Notes under the pieces: model-generated
What the model was told of the DNA's origin: nothing
Databases searched by the model: none
What the model saw: only the letters and a program-made list of their open reading frames with translations
Made by a program: the position numbers and the translations under genes
From: the human T2T-CHM13v2.0 reference genome, Homo sapiens
Strand: one strand, 5' to 3'
NCBI RefSeq assembly: GCF_009914755.1
Contig: NC_060925.1
Length of the DNA stretch: 64,000 nt
Shown: piece after piece, positions 47,896 through 64,000 of the stretch
Position numbering within the stretch: the stretch's first letter is position 1
How the letters are laid out: each line of letters opens with the position of its first letter

Positions 47896-49766
47896 TTACT
47901 ACCAACAAATGACAAAAACAATAACCACAACAATGAAGATTTATTGAATCCAAGTGCCAAATACTGTTCTCAGGCTTTACATGTATTATATAATGCTCAT
48001 AAATATCTCCATTTTAGTACAGCCAAAACACAGTAACTTGTCTAAGGTAACACAGCCACAAGAATCAGAAACTGAATTGAGTTCAGACAATCTGATACCA
48101 AATACCATGTTCTAAACATTTAAACTCACTTCCTCCTTCTGAGAGTCTTGGAAACTTTGGTCTTTGCTTTCAGGTGACAATAATCCTAAATTATCTATAT
48201 ATAAAAATACTCTGTTTCTTCTAACAAAAGCTACCAAGAAGATACAATGGACCCTCAGTCACTATTTAATATTTTCTGTTTCAACCCTTAGAGGGTAATT
48301 CGAGTTATGTACCCTTTGGAATTTTTCCAAGGTGTAATTTGAATATCATAGGCAGCAAGGCAGACCTGTGACTGTAAGAAACACAGCTAGTGAGTGAACC
48401 TGGCTGACCACCCATCATCTCTGTGACACTTTGTTCTTGTTGGTAAATCATGCAGAAATTTTCTTGAAGTGATGCCTTACTTTCTCCATGAAAAAAACAA
48501 AGGGTCCTAAAAATAATACCCACTGCTAATAATTACCTAAGTATCAAGAAAATGAATAAGAAGAAAATAATGCTTCTTGTATAAAAAATAGATGTTTTAA
48601 ATAAGTTAGCAGAATTGAATGTCACATTTTAGGGTAGTTTATTAGGATCTGAACAAATCTATTTATACCATATGGAAAGAAAAAAACGCAATGACTTATG
48701 GAACTGTTTCAAGGAGTGGTCCTGCCGATACAAGATCTGTGTTTTATTTGGGAGATGTTTTAGACTACTGCTATCTGGACATTGGCAAAATACCCATATC
48801 CATCCAAGGGTATACTGTGCCATTATCTGCTTCAACAGGAAACTGATTCCAGGTTTCAGCTACTTTCTCCATTGTGAATCATGGTGGCTTCTCTCCACCC
48901 AAAGGGAAGTACTGCAACTCCTGACAGGTGTGCCATGGCAGGTTTCTAGTGCACCTATTTATTGATCCCTCTTCCCACCTCCAGCCCTTCAGCAGCCAAG
49001 TGGGGCCTGGATCAGCCAAGCCTTAGATTTATTGCTTCATTCTTTTACCTCAGAATGCCAGGCAGATATTATTTTCTTTGTGTGCTTTGAAGTAAAAAAT
49101 ATTGGAAAGCACTGCTTTAAGAGTCCAAGAAGAACAGTTAAGACTCTTAAACATCCTTGCTATATATAGTAGAATTTTATTATGACCATTTATGATTACC
49201 TGGATTTATTTATACCACAGGTCACATTACAGCCCCTGAGAAATAGCAGCTAACATAGAAAAGACTTGAGTACCTACACAGGGTATGAAAGAAAATATAA
49301 AGAAGAATTGTGGTTTCAGGAAGTTGGGAAGCCAATTCAGATTTCAAAAACACTCATTGAACACCATATATATGGCAGTGATGTTGCCAGATACTGTCAT
49401 GACATTGAAGTTTGAGTGACCTGAGGACTTTGGAAGAGTCAGGCCTAGTTTGAATCTCAGGTAGGTCTTATTGAAAATGGGCTGATGGAGGTAATTCCAA
49501 ATTAGAGCCCTTCCTTGGAGAGTTGTGATGTGTCTATATAATCCAGGCACTTTCTTCACAGAGATGCTGTCGGCACTCTGATTGGCAGAACCATTCTTGG
49601 TCTAGATCACACTGAGAGTTTACCTGAGTAGAACCTCTGTTTCACAAAGGTTTTCCTAGGAGCCTAAGTCACTGAAAAGAACTAAAAATTCTACTCATTC
49701 TCCTATACCTCCCAAATCTTGATTCTTTGAGTGGCAGTGAGAAAATAATGCATCTTTGTACCTTAC

Positions 49767-49911
49767 CATTTACCTCACAACCTTGCAGTTCCAATCGAAG
49801 GGTAGGTCTGTTATAGGCTCGAGTTGGAGAGATCCTAATATATCTAGCCACAATAGGTGGGTCAAACTGATTCTCTTTTATTGTAGAGGCATCTGAATTG
49901 CCATTAAAATA
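49767..49911 (-). CDS. F5: Factor V exon 22 (C1 end), 145 nt
   Basis: [48 protein letters not shown]; tag|TAT, AATG|gtaagg. Confidence 0.97.
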
Positions 49912-50059
49912 CTAGAAGAAAAGAGGAAAGTTTAGTTATGTAACAATGATCTATAAAGTGACTTTATATTAAAATTTTGATCTAATTTAATATTGTAATA
50001 CTACATTTTCATGGGGTCCAAACTAAATCAATTTGGTTATAAAATATACTTGGGGATAA

Positions 50060-51670
<1,611 letters not shown>

Positions 51671-52419
51671 CTATGGACTCAACTGCAATCTGTGTTTTCT
51701 CTCATAATACTGATTAGTAAGAACCATAATTTAGGATTTCAATGGTTCTGAGACATAGTATAAATAATTATTAAAAATAGGTAACTAATAAACAGTAAAT
51801 AATTTTATATAAAATATAAGCAGAAACAGACTCAAGGTTATTGGTATAATAATGGCAGGCAGACTCCTTGCATTCAGACTTCTTTGGGGAAGGGAATAGA
51901 GAGGAGGAGAAGAGTTAGGGCTTATGGCTGAGCCCCTGGAAGAACCAGAAGGAGAATGTCATTCCTCAGGCATGGCCCCCCAAAAAGTCTGAGAATCACA
52001 CTGCCTCAGAGGCTTACTAGCATTAACACTACTATTTACTTCAGGTACACTGAAATAAAGAACAAAACAAACTACAATAGTAAAATCAAAAGTCTTGGTA
52101 GCCAATTTTTAGCATGAGCTCCTTGAGGCGCAAGACCAGATGTTCTACTCTGCCGTATACCATTGGCCAGTCTGAGAAATCTGGGTATTTTGTTTGATGA
52201 TAAAATGATTTTTTAAAGTTTTGTGGGGTTTTGAAGTTTCAGTAACCCTGCTTCTCTCTTTAATTTGTAAGACACAGACCTATCATATTACTGCTTTTCT
52301 CCATATGACCCTTAGAAAGCCATTCACATTTCTAATACCCAGAAAGGTATTTTTTAAAATACATAATCATTAGGTATAGTCATAATAATTCTAGGCCAAG
52401 TCTAGAGTCTAGAGATTCA

Positions 52420-52653
<234 letters not shown>

Positions 52654-53044
52654 CTAAATTCATTATACAATCAGCTTTCTTCAGAACTAAAGAGCTAGCA
52701 CATAAGATCTTAGCAAACTGATACAATGACTACATGCAATTCATATTTGGGCACAGAGTACCTAAATTTGAATCCCAACTCAATGACTAATTAGCTGTGT
52801 GTTACTTTGGGAAGGTAGGTAGTATCTCTGTGCCTTTTGTTTTTTAATCTATAAAACAAGATATTATTAGAACCAACCTCAGAGGGTTGATTTTAAGGAT
52901 ATAAAGTACTTAGAACAGTGCCTCACACTTAGTACTTGCTATTTCCCCTAACAACATTGCAAGAACAATAACAAGGAATTACTAAATCACTTTCATTTTT
53001 ATTATTACGATAGCAGTAAATATTATCAGTCTATTAAGACAAAC

Positions 53045-53148
53045 CTGGATCCAAGGTTTAGAGGCAAATTCTGCTGCAAGTTTTTCTACACTCCAAGCAT
53101 TATAAGATCCACCATTGTTTAATCTTGCTAATCTGGGCTCCCAGTAAC
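53045..53148 (-). CDS. F5: Factor V exon 20 (C1), 104 nt
   Basis: [34 protein letters not shown]; tag|GT, CAG|gtttgt. Confidence 0.97.
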
Positions 53149-54072
53149 CTAAACTCAAGGGAAGAAAAAGATTTATTCTGAATTTTTTAAAAACCCAGCA
53201 ATTTCTCAAGTGAGTTTAATCCAGTGGAAAACCAGATCCTTGGAGGACCTGTGTTGTAGTCAGGAGTCTAGGCATGGGCCTCAGCTACTAGGCCAGTCCT
53301 TGATGATGAAATCTGGGCTTCAGGTCTGTGTTTGGTCAACTGCCAACCACCTCCTATCCCCTTTCTTGCACACAGGTCATGTTTGATTTTTTCTGTTGTG
53401 TTTATATTCCTAATGCTGAATGTGCCTGCCTAACAGGAAGACATGGAAGGGTATATGGGAGCCTCATCATCCTCTTGATCATGACCTCTTGATCTTGGGA
53501 AGGGCTTTGAGGCAGTGTGGGAAAACTTTGGAGGAGTTCCTCACATATAGTGGAGGTTCAACAAAGTTTTCTGAATAGATGAATGGTTGCCACAGGCAAA
53601 GGGCCATATTAATGGGGACTATAATGCCTGGCTGATAAGACCCTGTGAATCTGGCTGAAATACTACATGTGTGGTCAAACCCAGAAAAGATGACTGAGGA
53701 GAGTTTTGGAAATGGGCGCGTGGTCATAAGACTAAGGTATCTGATCCTTGCCAAATCCCTGCAGAGAGGCTGGGCTTTTTATGTAGAGAAATCAATGACC
53801 CCCAGCTATCGGTTTTTCCTGGAAAAGACTCTTTGGGATCATTATACACCAGAAGAGGTGGCAGTGTTAAGAGCACACTAACAGGCCTTTAGCTCCTACC
53901 ATAGTGTTCCTTCCTTTACCATATATGTACCCCAAATGGAGCTGCTTCACTACATTGTCGTAGAGAAAAGCATAAAGAGAAAAACTGATTCATAGATAGG
54001 ATTGTCATGTATGGTTTCATAGGCTGCATGCTGCACAACTGTAGGGGGTACCATTCACAGACCATGGTGCTA

Positions 54073-54222
<150 letters not shown>

Positions 54223-54458
54223 TTAGGGATTATGTTTCTGACTCAATAATTAGATATTTTTACCTACCTTGTGTGGCCCTGACTTAAATATATCTGATTA
54301 TAAAATGGTAAATGCACTAACAAGACTGGTGCTTTAATAGATATAGTGGCATCCTAGAAGAAAGCAACTGAAATCCTGAAATGTAATCATTTTTTAAACT
54401 GATTTTCTTCTGCTTTTATCTTAAATTATGCTATTTTACAACATTAGGTACCATCCAT

Positions 54459-54600
54459 GGCCAGGTGCAGTGGCTCATGCCTGTAATCCTAGCACTCTGG
54501 GAGGCTGAGGGGGGAGGATTACTTGAGGCCAGGAGTTTGATCTTGGGCAACCTCTTCTCTACAAAAAAAATAAAAATACAAAATATAAAAATATGAAAAA
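54459..54600 (+). mobile_element. Alu left monomer (FLAM-like)
   Basis: ggccaggtgcagtggctcatgcctgtaatcc... + A-rich tail. Confidence 0.8.
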
Positions 54601-55144
54601 AAGTTCTAGTCCTGATGAGACTATGTTCTCAAAAGTTGACCTCAAAGTTACAAGGTTATTTATATCTTGATCAAGGAAGGGATACCAGCCACTGTGCTAC
54701 CTGGATGTTGGCACAGTGCTTCATACTCAACAGTGCTTAGTAATGGCTTAAAGAATGGATGAACAGATGGACAGATGAAAACTGTGTTTCCTAAATGCTG
54801 AAATGTCAAGTTTAGTGACTCAGTCATTGTTAAATTCCTGTGACCTTTTCCCTCCTCAACTCTTGGAAGCTGGAAAATTTCTTATATGCACTTGTCCATG
54901 GATCACAAGTCATGAAGAAGGATGCTTTACACAGGTTTCCCAATTGACAGGAATGCTTTTGATCTGACTGATGTGTTTTCAATGCAATCAGACCATGGGC
55001 CGGAATAAAAGCAATTATGGCTACAAATTATGCCTTTGTCACATCAGAGTTCTTAGAGTTGAATATTTCCAATCTAAAAGTTGGTAATATTCTAGTAATA
55101 GGCACTCTCCTGCCAAACCAAATATCACATGGCTCTTGTGATAC

Positions 55145-55261
55145 CTCTGTCCATGATAAGAAATGGCGTTTGCATCCCTGCTCTCTGGTTTTCTCCAACC
55201 TCTGTGTTTAGGAGCCACCAGCCAGGTTTTGATGCCTTCATTTCAAGAGTTTTAAATGAAC
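55145..55261 (-). CDS. F5: Factor V exon 18 (A3), 117 nt
   Basis: [38 protein letters not shown]; tag|GT, AGAG|gtatca. Confidence 0.97.
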
Positions 55262-56341
55262 CTAAAATAAAAAGAACAACATTACATTTGCAAAAATTAA
55301 CAAGTAAATATTGTGGTTGATAGTTCTCTAAGAATCCTAAAATTCCTGCTTCACAAGAGGCTTTCAAATAGAATTTAACCATTTTTCTTTAGGTAGGACT
55401 GAAAGTATAACAGATAAAAACAAAACAATAACAACACATACACAGAGATAACTAAAAAAAATTTTAAATCACCACCACACCTCACTAGAAGAAACTTTCA
55501 CTTATCTAAATATAATGTTACAAATTAACTCACATACAATACAGCTTCACAGTCCTAATTATCAAAGTGACCTCGAATGACATCATTGGGCTTCAAAAAT
55601 ATCATACATGTTTCCTTTCCCTCTTTTCATTTTTGCTTTTTTCTCTTTTTTATATAAGAAAATAAAAATAAAACCTTCTTCCTCCATGTTTTCAAGTTTT
55701 CCATAAAGCTTACATATTTGAATAGAGATTTACATAAATTGCTCAGAAAAAACACTGAAAGAATGAGATTTCTAAAACCTCTGGCTATCCATTCTGGTAT
55801 TTAACATTACCCCCTGGCAGTTAATATTTAAATTCTGTTGACTATAATTTATGACTGTTTCCCAGATTGTGGGTGAAAATGAATAGATATGATTATCTTC
55901 CTCAAACACACTGAAAAATGTCTCCAGTTTTCCTCTCTCCAATGCAGGTATTTAGGTTTGCAGATTTAGAGACACCAGCCAATCCTAGCTTCTCAGTCTG
56001 TCTGCAGGCTGATAGGAAGGATGACTGATCTTCTAATACTTGATGAAAAGATGAGTAAATTTGACTGAATCTCTTCTGTCTCTGATTTTAATACAATAAA
56101 TTATCTATTAATTATTATATTAATTAATTAATATGATATTAATATAATACAATTAATACTCTCTAGATGTATTAGTGAGTTACTGGCATGTGAAAAACCA
56201 ATAAGAACCCTCTTTTTTTCCCTGCTCTTAATCAAACCAGTCCATTTGGACTTCTGTGTCTGCATCTGAGGCAGATTCACACAACGTCACCCAAAGTGCT
56301 GTCGAGGGGCTGCCTTCACTAACTCCTCAGGCAGCATGTGT

Positions 56342-56398
56342 TAGGTTGGTGCAAACTATAATTGCGGTTTTTGCCATTACTTTTAATAGAAGGCAAAA
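56342..56398. mobile_element. Truncated MADE1 (Hsmar1 MITE)
   Basis: ttaggttggtgcaaa...aattgcggtttttgccattacttttaat matches the left half of MADE1; right TIR missing. Confidence 0.8.
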
Positions 56399-57126
56399 TA
56401 GAAGGAAGGCTGCTTGTTAAAAATACAGACTCCTTGGAATTCTGCCCAAAATCTACTTTAAAGTCTCTGAGAACAAAATCCCTCTGCCTTCACATCTGCA
56501 TTTTAACTGACTTCCTAGGTTTTTATACTGCTGCACAAGTAGATACACTTACAAACAACTCATTGGCACAGAAACATCCCTTCTGTATAATTGTAGACTG
56601 TTTAAATCTACATTTATCTTTATTTTGCACATGAAAAGTTCTAAATACCTTTGTTATTCTTTAACTTTTATTATTATTTTTTAAAAATGTTTTCCTCTTC
56701 AAACAGTCTATAAGTCAGTTTAAGAATGTGATTCCTGGAGTCACTTGCCCAAAGATATTAGGGTGATAGGGCCTAGAAGAGGAGCAGAACTGAAGAATCT
56801 GGAAACCCTCCCAGCAGAGATAGCTGTAGCTGCCTGAGCCCTGTGGGATTCATTTTTTCATCTGCTTAAGACCTCATCTGTATGACACACAGTGGCTTGG
56901 GAGAAACTGCATGTTATGTTGCAACTGAGTTGGGTCACACATTTAGCCTGTGTGGTGCTGCAAATAGTTCATAAATTAGGTGACATTTTTGTACTCCGTA
57001 TATACTTTGGGTCTATGGGTTTGCCTAGGCTCTATGCCAGAACCCTGTGTTCTGACCCCTTAGGAAGTATATGCACAAGGAAGAAATGAGAAGGAGTTAC
57101 AGATTGCCTTTTCCCTGTATTTCTTA

Positions 57127-57360
<234 letters not shown>

Positions 57361-58834
57361 TCAATTAAAAATCTGTTGACACAGAGAGGGCGAGTGGTAA
57401 GGAAATATGGGGCAACCCACTCAACACCCATGTTCCTCATGATTCTGCATTCCCAGGCCTACCTAGCCATGGAAAGGGCCCTCTTGTATGTCACATTAGT
57501 GAGAGGCTAAAGCAGAACCACTAGTCCTTCTCATATCATTCACACCAGCCTACAGCAGAAGGCAGGGGGAACTCCCTTTCCAAGCAGTTTATCACTCTTT
57601 TCCTCAGCTTTTACAGTTCCGTGCTTTACCCGTGTATACTTTCCATTAACAGTCTTAATTTTCCTTAACTACAAAAGATAAATACAAATATGGGCAGACA
57701 AAGTAAACTCCAGGGATTAGAGTCAGCAAGGAGATATGCAGCATGTCACCTTAAGGCCTTCTAAATTCAGAGAAAGTTTCAGGCAAATTAGGAAGTCTAG
57801 GAGTTTATAAAATTAGGAGTTTATCGTTGGTGTATCCAGCAACCATAGCAAGTCATGTTTATTCTCTTATTGGTATGACAACTCCTCTGCCCACTTCTCA
57901 GATTAGATAACTAGGGTTCTCAGGCTTTATCTACTCTCCCCACAGTAAAATACGCGGATTTTTTAAAAAGTTCCTGAGAAACTTGATCACCTTAAAAATG
58001 TAACACAAAACTGTAAAGATAAAGTTTAGTGTTACCAAACGTTTAACTGAAACCAAAGTGAGGGAAGTGCTTTGTTTCCTCCTTCTTAAGTTAGAGGAAC
58101 TGCTGTGAAATTTCAGAAACCAGGCAGGTGAATTTTTGGAGAGGGACGGGTTGAGATCATTTGGGCATCCTTCAAATTATATCAGGCGTGAGAACACCTA
58201 TCTACATATTCATAACACAAGCTCGTACCTTTCTCTTCTCAGTTTCTGTTTCAGTTACTAGCTTACAGGGCAAATTTTCCTTGTGAATTTCCAAATAGGC
58301 ACACTTTTCCCAGTGTGACCACCCAAATGCTCTCTTGCCACTATTCTCCTATTACCTGGGTACCTAGTTTCTTATCTCATTTTGTTCTCATATGCTTTGG
58401 GTGCCACCTGGTAGCTGCTGAGAGCTAAAACTGTTAGCGTCATTCTTATTTTAGAAAAGACACACAGGTGATCATTTCTTTTATATAAACACTTGTGCCT
58501 TTAGAGATCCAGAAACAAGCTTATTAACTTTAAATTGCAGAACAATGTTAATTCCTTTTCAATGTATGTTACCAGCTGAAGCACACTGGCTTTTTGTTGT
58601 TGTGGTTTTCTGTTGGTTTGTTTTGCAGCAGCTTCTCTGTGCTATCTTTCAGACTTTCTCTTTTTGCCTCACCCACAGTGTCACCTGCCAGATTACATCA
58701 GCCCTCTGGAATGTTAAGGAACCGGTTTTAGTTGTAGCTCTGGGTGTCTCAGAAGCATCTCATGTCTAATCTTGTGAATATCTAAGGGCAGAAATCACTG
58801 TGACCCAGTGTGATTTAATTAGGAGATTAGATCA

Positions 58835-59212
<378 letters not shown>

Positions 59213-59981
59213 TTATCACCTAATTCTGTTGTATTCATAATCCTCCTTCCTCTGATTGATCTTTATCCCAGTAACAATGATGATAATAATAAATTGATAA
59301 TATAAGGGATACTATTTATTGAGAATCTATTACTATATTAAATGATTTGCCTGCAATCTCCCATTTAATCCTGACAACTATCTTATATGGTAAATATAAA
59401 TTCATTCATTGAACAAATATTTACCAAGTGCTTACCATGCACTATGTACTGTTATCTCATTTTTAACTTCTGATACCAGGCTAAGAGAGGTCAAGGAATT
59501 TCCTAGGATTATGCATTGACAGGGTAAAAATTTAAATCTGAGTCTGTGCTCTTTCCACTATGCCTGAAATGGAGGAGTTGTTTCTCTTTTTAATTGACAG
59601 ATAAAATTGTATGCATATACTGTGTATGACATATTGTTTTGAAGTATATATACATTGCAGAATGTCAGATAAAGGAGTCTTGACTTTGCAGTTCTTTTCA
59701 TAAAGAAAGAGCAGAACATAGCTAATACTTGTTCAAGAAAATTTCAAATAAATGCCATCTTCTGTAAATGTAGGCATTCTAATTCATGGCCAATCATTCA
59801 AGTAATCTTTCCTCCTCTCCACTGAATAAATGTTTCTCTCTCTGTCATCTGAAGAGCTGCATGGAGAGTCCCTGGTTATGATAAATGCAGACTGTTAACC
59901 ACACCCTTATGCATTCCTCATGAAAAGCAAGACAGACATTTGACAAGAAATAACCCCGACTCTTCCATTTGGTGGACTTCA

Positions 59982-60266
<285 letters not shown>

Positions 60267-63108
60267 CTAGGAAAAGGAATGATCCACAAATGTACTTAAG
60301 CTTAACAAAAATCTAAACCACAAAAATGTCAGCATTATAAGTCAAAATGGCTGGTTATAAAATCGGAGCTAAGATATAAGGTACAAAATAACTTATGTAT
60401 ATTATTTCATTTAATTTTCATAACCATCCTGTGAGATATGGCCCAAGTAGTTTTCTCCAGAAATACCAAAAGATATTTGTTCTTAGACTCAAGGCTAAAG
60501 TACTGACATTATCTACTAATGAAATGAGAGTGATAGGTAGTGGAGATGTGAAGATGAAAGAAGCTTGATTCTTGTTCATAAGAAGCTTTTAAGCTACTGC
60601 TGAAACAGACATGCACATGGGCATCCACACTACAAATCTGGAGACAACAGGTGCTATATACAAAGTCTAAGTGGGTTCAGATGACAATGCCCTGGAGGAA
60701 CAATTTGGTTGAATATTTAGGAGTGGTTGGAAGAATTAAGGTAAGTTTCTTAGAGGAAATGGAATTGGCCATCATAGAATGAACAGGAGCTAGAAAGACA
60801 TTTCAGACTCTCAGAAGGGCAGAAGGATGCCTGTGAGCAGGGGAGTAAAGGAAGAGTTTGGGGAATAGCAAGGATCTCGGTGGAACTGGGCTGTGAAATG
60901 CACAGGGACAGGTGGAACCTGGTGAGAAATGAGGCTAGAAAAGGAGCAGGTTGGGGCCAGATGGTAAAGGACTTAAATGCCATATGAGAAGTCTTCACAC
61001 CCCAGCAGTCAGACCCATGAAGCTCCTCCCAGCCCTTCTATAACTTCTAGTGATTAAAGACTCCCTAATTGTCTGTTCCTTATTTTATTCTACAAAGCCA
61101 GCATCACCCTAATAACAAAACCTGGCAAAGACACAATGAATAATGAAAACTACCGGCCAATATCTCTGATGTACATAGACACAAAAATCTTCAACAAAAT
61201 ATTGGCAAACCAAATCCAGCAGCAAATTAAAAATTAATTCATCACAATCACATAGGCTTCATTCCTAGGATGCAAAGTGGCTCCACATATGCAAATCAAT
61301 AAATGTGATTCACCACATAAACCGCATTAAAAACAAAAACAGTATCATCATCTCAATAAATGTGGAAAAAGCTTTTGATAAAACCTAACATCCCTTCATG
61401 ATAAAAACCCTCAACAAACTAGGCATTGAAGGAACATACTTCAAACTAATAGGAGCCATCTATGACAAACCTACAGCCAACATCATACTGAATGAGCAAA
61501 AGCTGAAAGCCTTCCCCGTGAGAACTGGAACAAGACATGGATGCCCAATCTCATCACTCTTATTCAACATAGTACTGGAAATTCTAGTCACAGCAATCAA
61601 GCAAGAGAAAGAAATAAAAGGCAACCAAAGAAGAAAAGAAGTTAAAGTATCTCTCTTCATTGGCAATATGATTCTGTACCTAGAAAACCCTAAAGACTCC
61701 ATGAAAAGGCTCCAGGAACTGATAAATGACTTCAGTAAAGTTTCAGGATGCAAGATTAATGTACAAAATCAATTATACAAAATAAAATGTACAAATGTAC
61801 AAAATAGCATTTCTATACATCAGTAATGTTCAAACTGAGAGCGAAATCAAGAACGAAATCCCATTAAACATAGCCACACACACATACAAAATACCTAGGA
61901 AAACATCTAACCAAAGAGGTGAAAGATCTCTATAAGAAGAATTACAAAACACTGATGAAAGAAATCATAGATGACACAAACAAATGGAAAAACATTCTAT
62001 ACTTATGTATTGGAAGAATCAGTATTGTTAAAATAGCCATTGTGCCCAAAGCAATCTACAGATTCAACACTATTTTTTAACAACTACTGGAATCATTTTC
62101 CTCAGGATTAGACAAAGCTATTCTAAAATTCATATGGAATCAAAAAAGAGCCTGAATAGCCAAAGCAATCCTAAGCAAAAAGAACAAATCTGGAGGTATC
62201 ACAGTACCTGACTTGAAACTATACTATAAAGTTACAATAACCAAAATAGCATGGTACTGATACAAAAACAGACACATAGGCCAATGAAACAGAATAAAGA
62301 ACCCAGAAATAAAGCCACACACTTACAACCACCTGAACTTTGACAAAGTCAACAACAACAGCAACAACAACAACAAAAAACAAGGGGAAAAGGACTCATA
62401 TTTAATAAATGGTGCTGGAATAGCCGGCTACCCATATGTGGAAGAATGAAACTGAACCCCAATGAATCCAATGAAACTGGATTCATCATATACAAAAATT
62501 AACTCAAAATGGATTAAAGATTTAAATGTCAGACCTCAAACTATAAGAATCCTAGAAGAAAAACCTAGGAAACACCATTCTGGATATCAGCCTTGGGAAA
62601 GAATTTATGACTAATTCCTCAAAAGCATTTCAACAAAAGCAAAAATTGACAAATTAAACTAAAGAGCTTCTGCTCAGCAAAAGAAGCTATCTACAGAGTG
62701 AACAGACACAGAATAGAAAAAATATTCACAAAGTATGTATCTGACAAAGGTCTAATATCCAGAAACTATAAGATAGTTAAACAATTGAACAAGCGAAATA
62801 CAAATAACCCCATTAAAAAGTGGGCAAAAGACATGAACAGATACTTATCAAAAGAAGACATACAAATAGCCAACAAATGTGAAAAAAATGCTCAACATCA
62901 CTAATCATCAGAGAAATGCAAATCAATACCACAGTGAAATACCATCTCACACCAGTCAGAATGGCTATTAGTACAAAGTCAAAAAATAGATGCTGGTGAG
63001 GCTGTGAAGAAAAGGGAATGCTTATACACTGCTGCTTAGAATGTAAATTAGCCACTGTGGAAAGAAGTTTGGGGGTTTCTCAAAGAATTTGAAACAGAAC
63101 TACTATTT

Positions 63109-63991
<883 letters not shown>

Positions 63992-64000
63992 TTATTCACA

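Noticed and set aside
56095-56160. AT-rich near-palindromic stretch (similar one at 46285-46345)
   Set aside because: Low-complexity sequence; self-complementarity is expected from composition
56342-56398. MADE1 as a miR-548-type hairpin or SETMAR site
   Set aside because: The right TIR is missing so no long hairpin forms, and the remaining TIR core is altered

Overview
Human (primate) genomic DNA, recognisable as the chr1q24 SLC19A2-F5 interval. Both genes are on the minus strand. The window holds the 5' part of SLC19A2 (thiamine transporter THTR-1: CpG-island promoter, exons 1-2, intron 1 and most of intron 2). A ~26 kb repeat-rich intergenic region follows, then the 3' part of F5 (coagulation factor V: exons 15-25, A3-C1-C2 domains, two polyadenylation signals). 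All 13 coding exons were placed with GT-AG boundaries and a continuous reading frame. The rest is Alu, L1, L2/MIR, LTR (MLT1, MER41-like, MST/THE1, LTR2) and DNA-transposon sequence. I see no new protein-coding system. The most unusual structure is a complex insertion inside a primate L1 at ~31.96-32.23 kb: foreign MIR-containing DNA, a snap-back hairpin and a triplicated L1 motif, which reads like a templated double-strand-break repair scar. Smaller scars of similar type occur elsewhere. Other leads are inverted Alus around the symmetric SLC19A2 exon 2 (skipping, or a circRNA with a stop-free frame), a frame-compatible F5->SLC19A2 read-through junction and a cryptic poison acceptor in F5 intron 16. 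Repeat subfamily names are by-eye calls and no searches were run.
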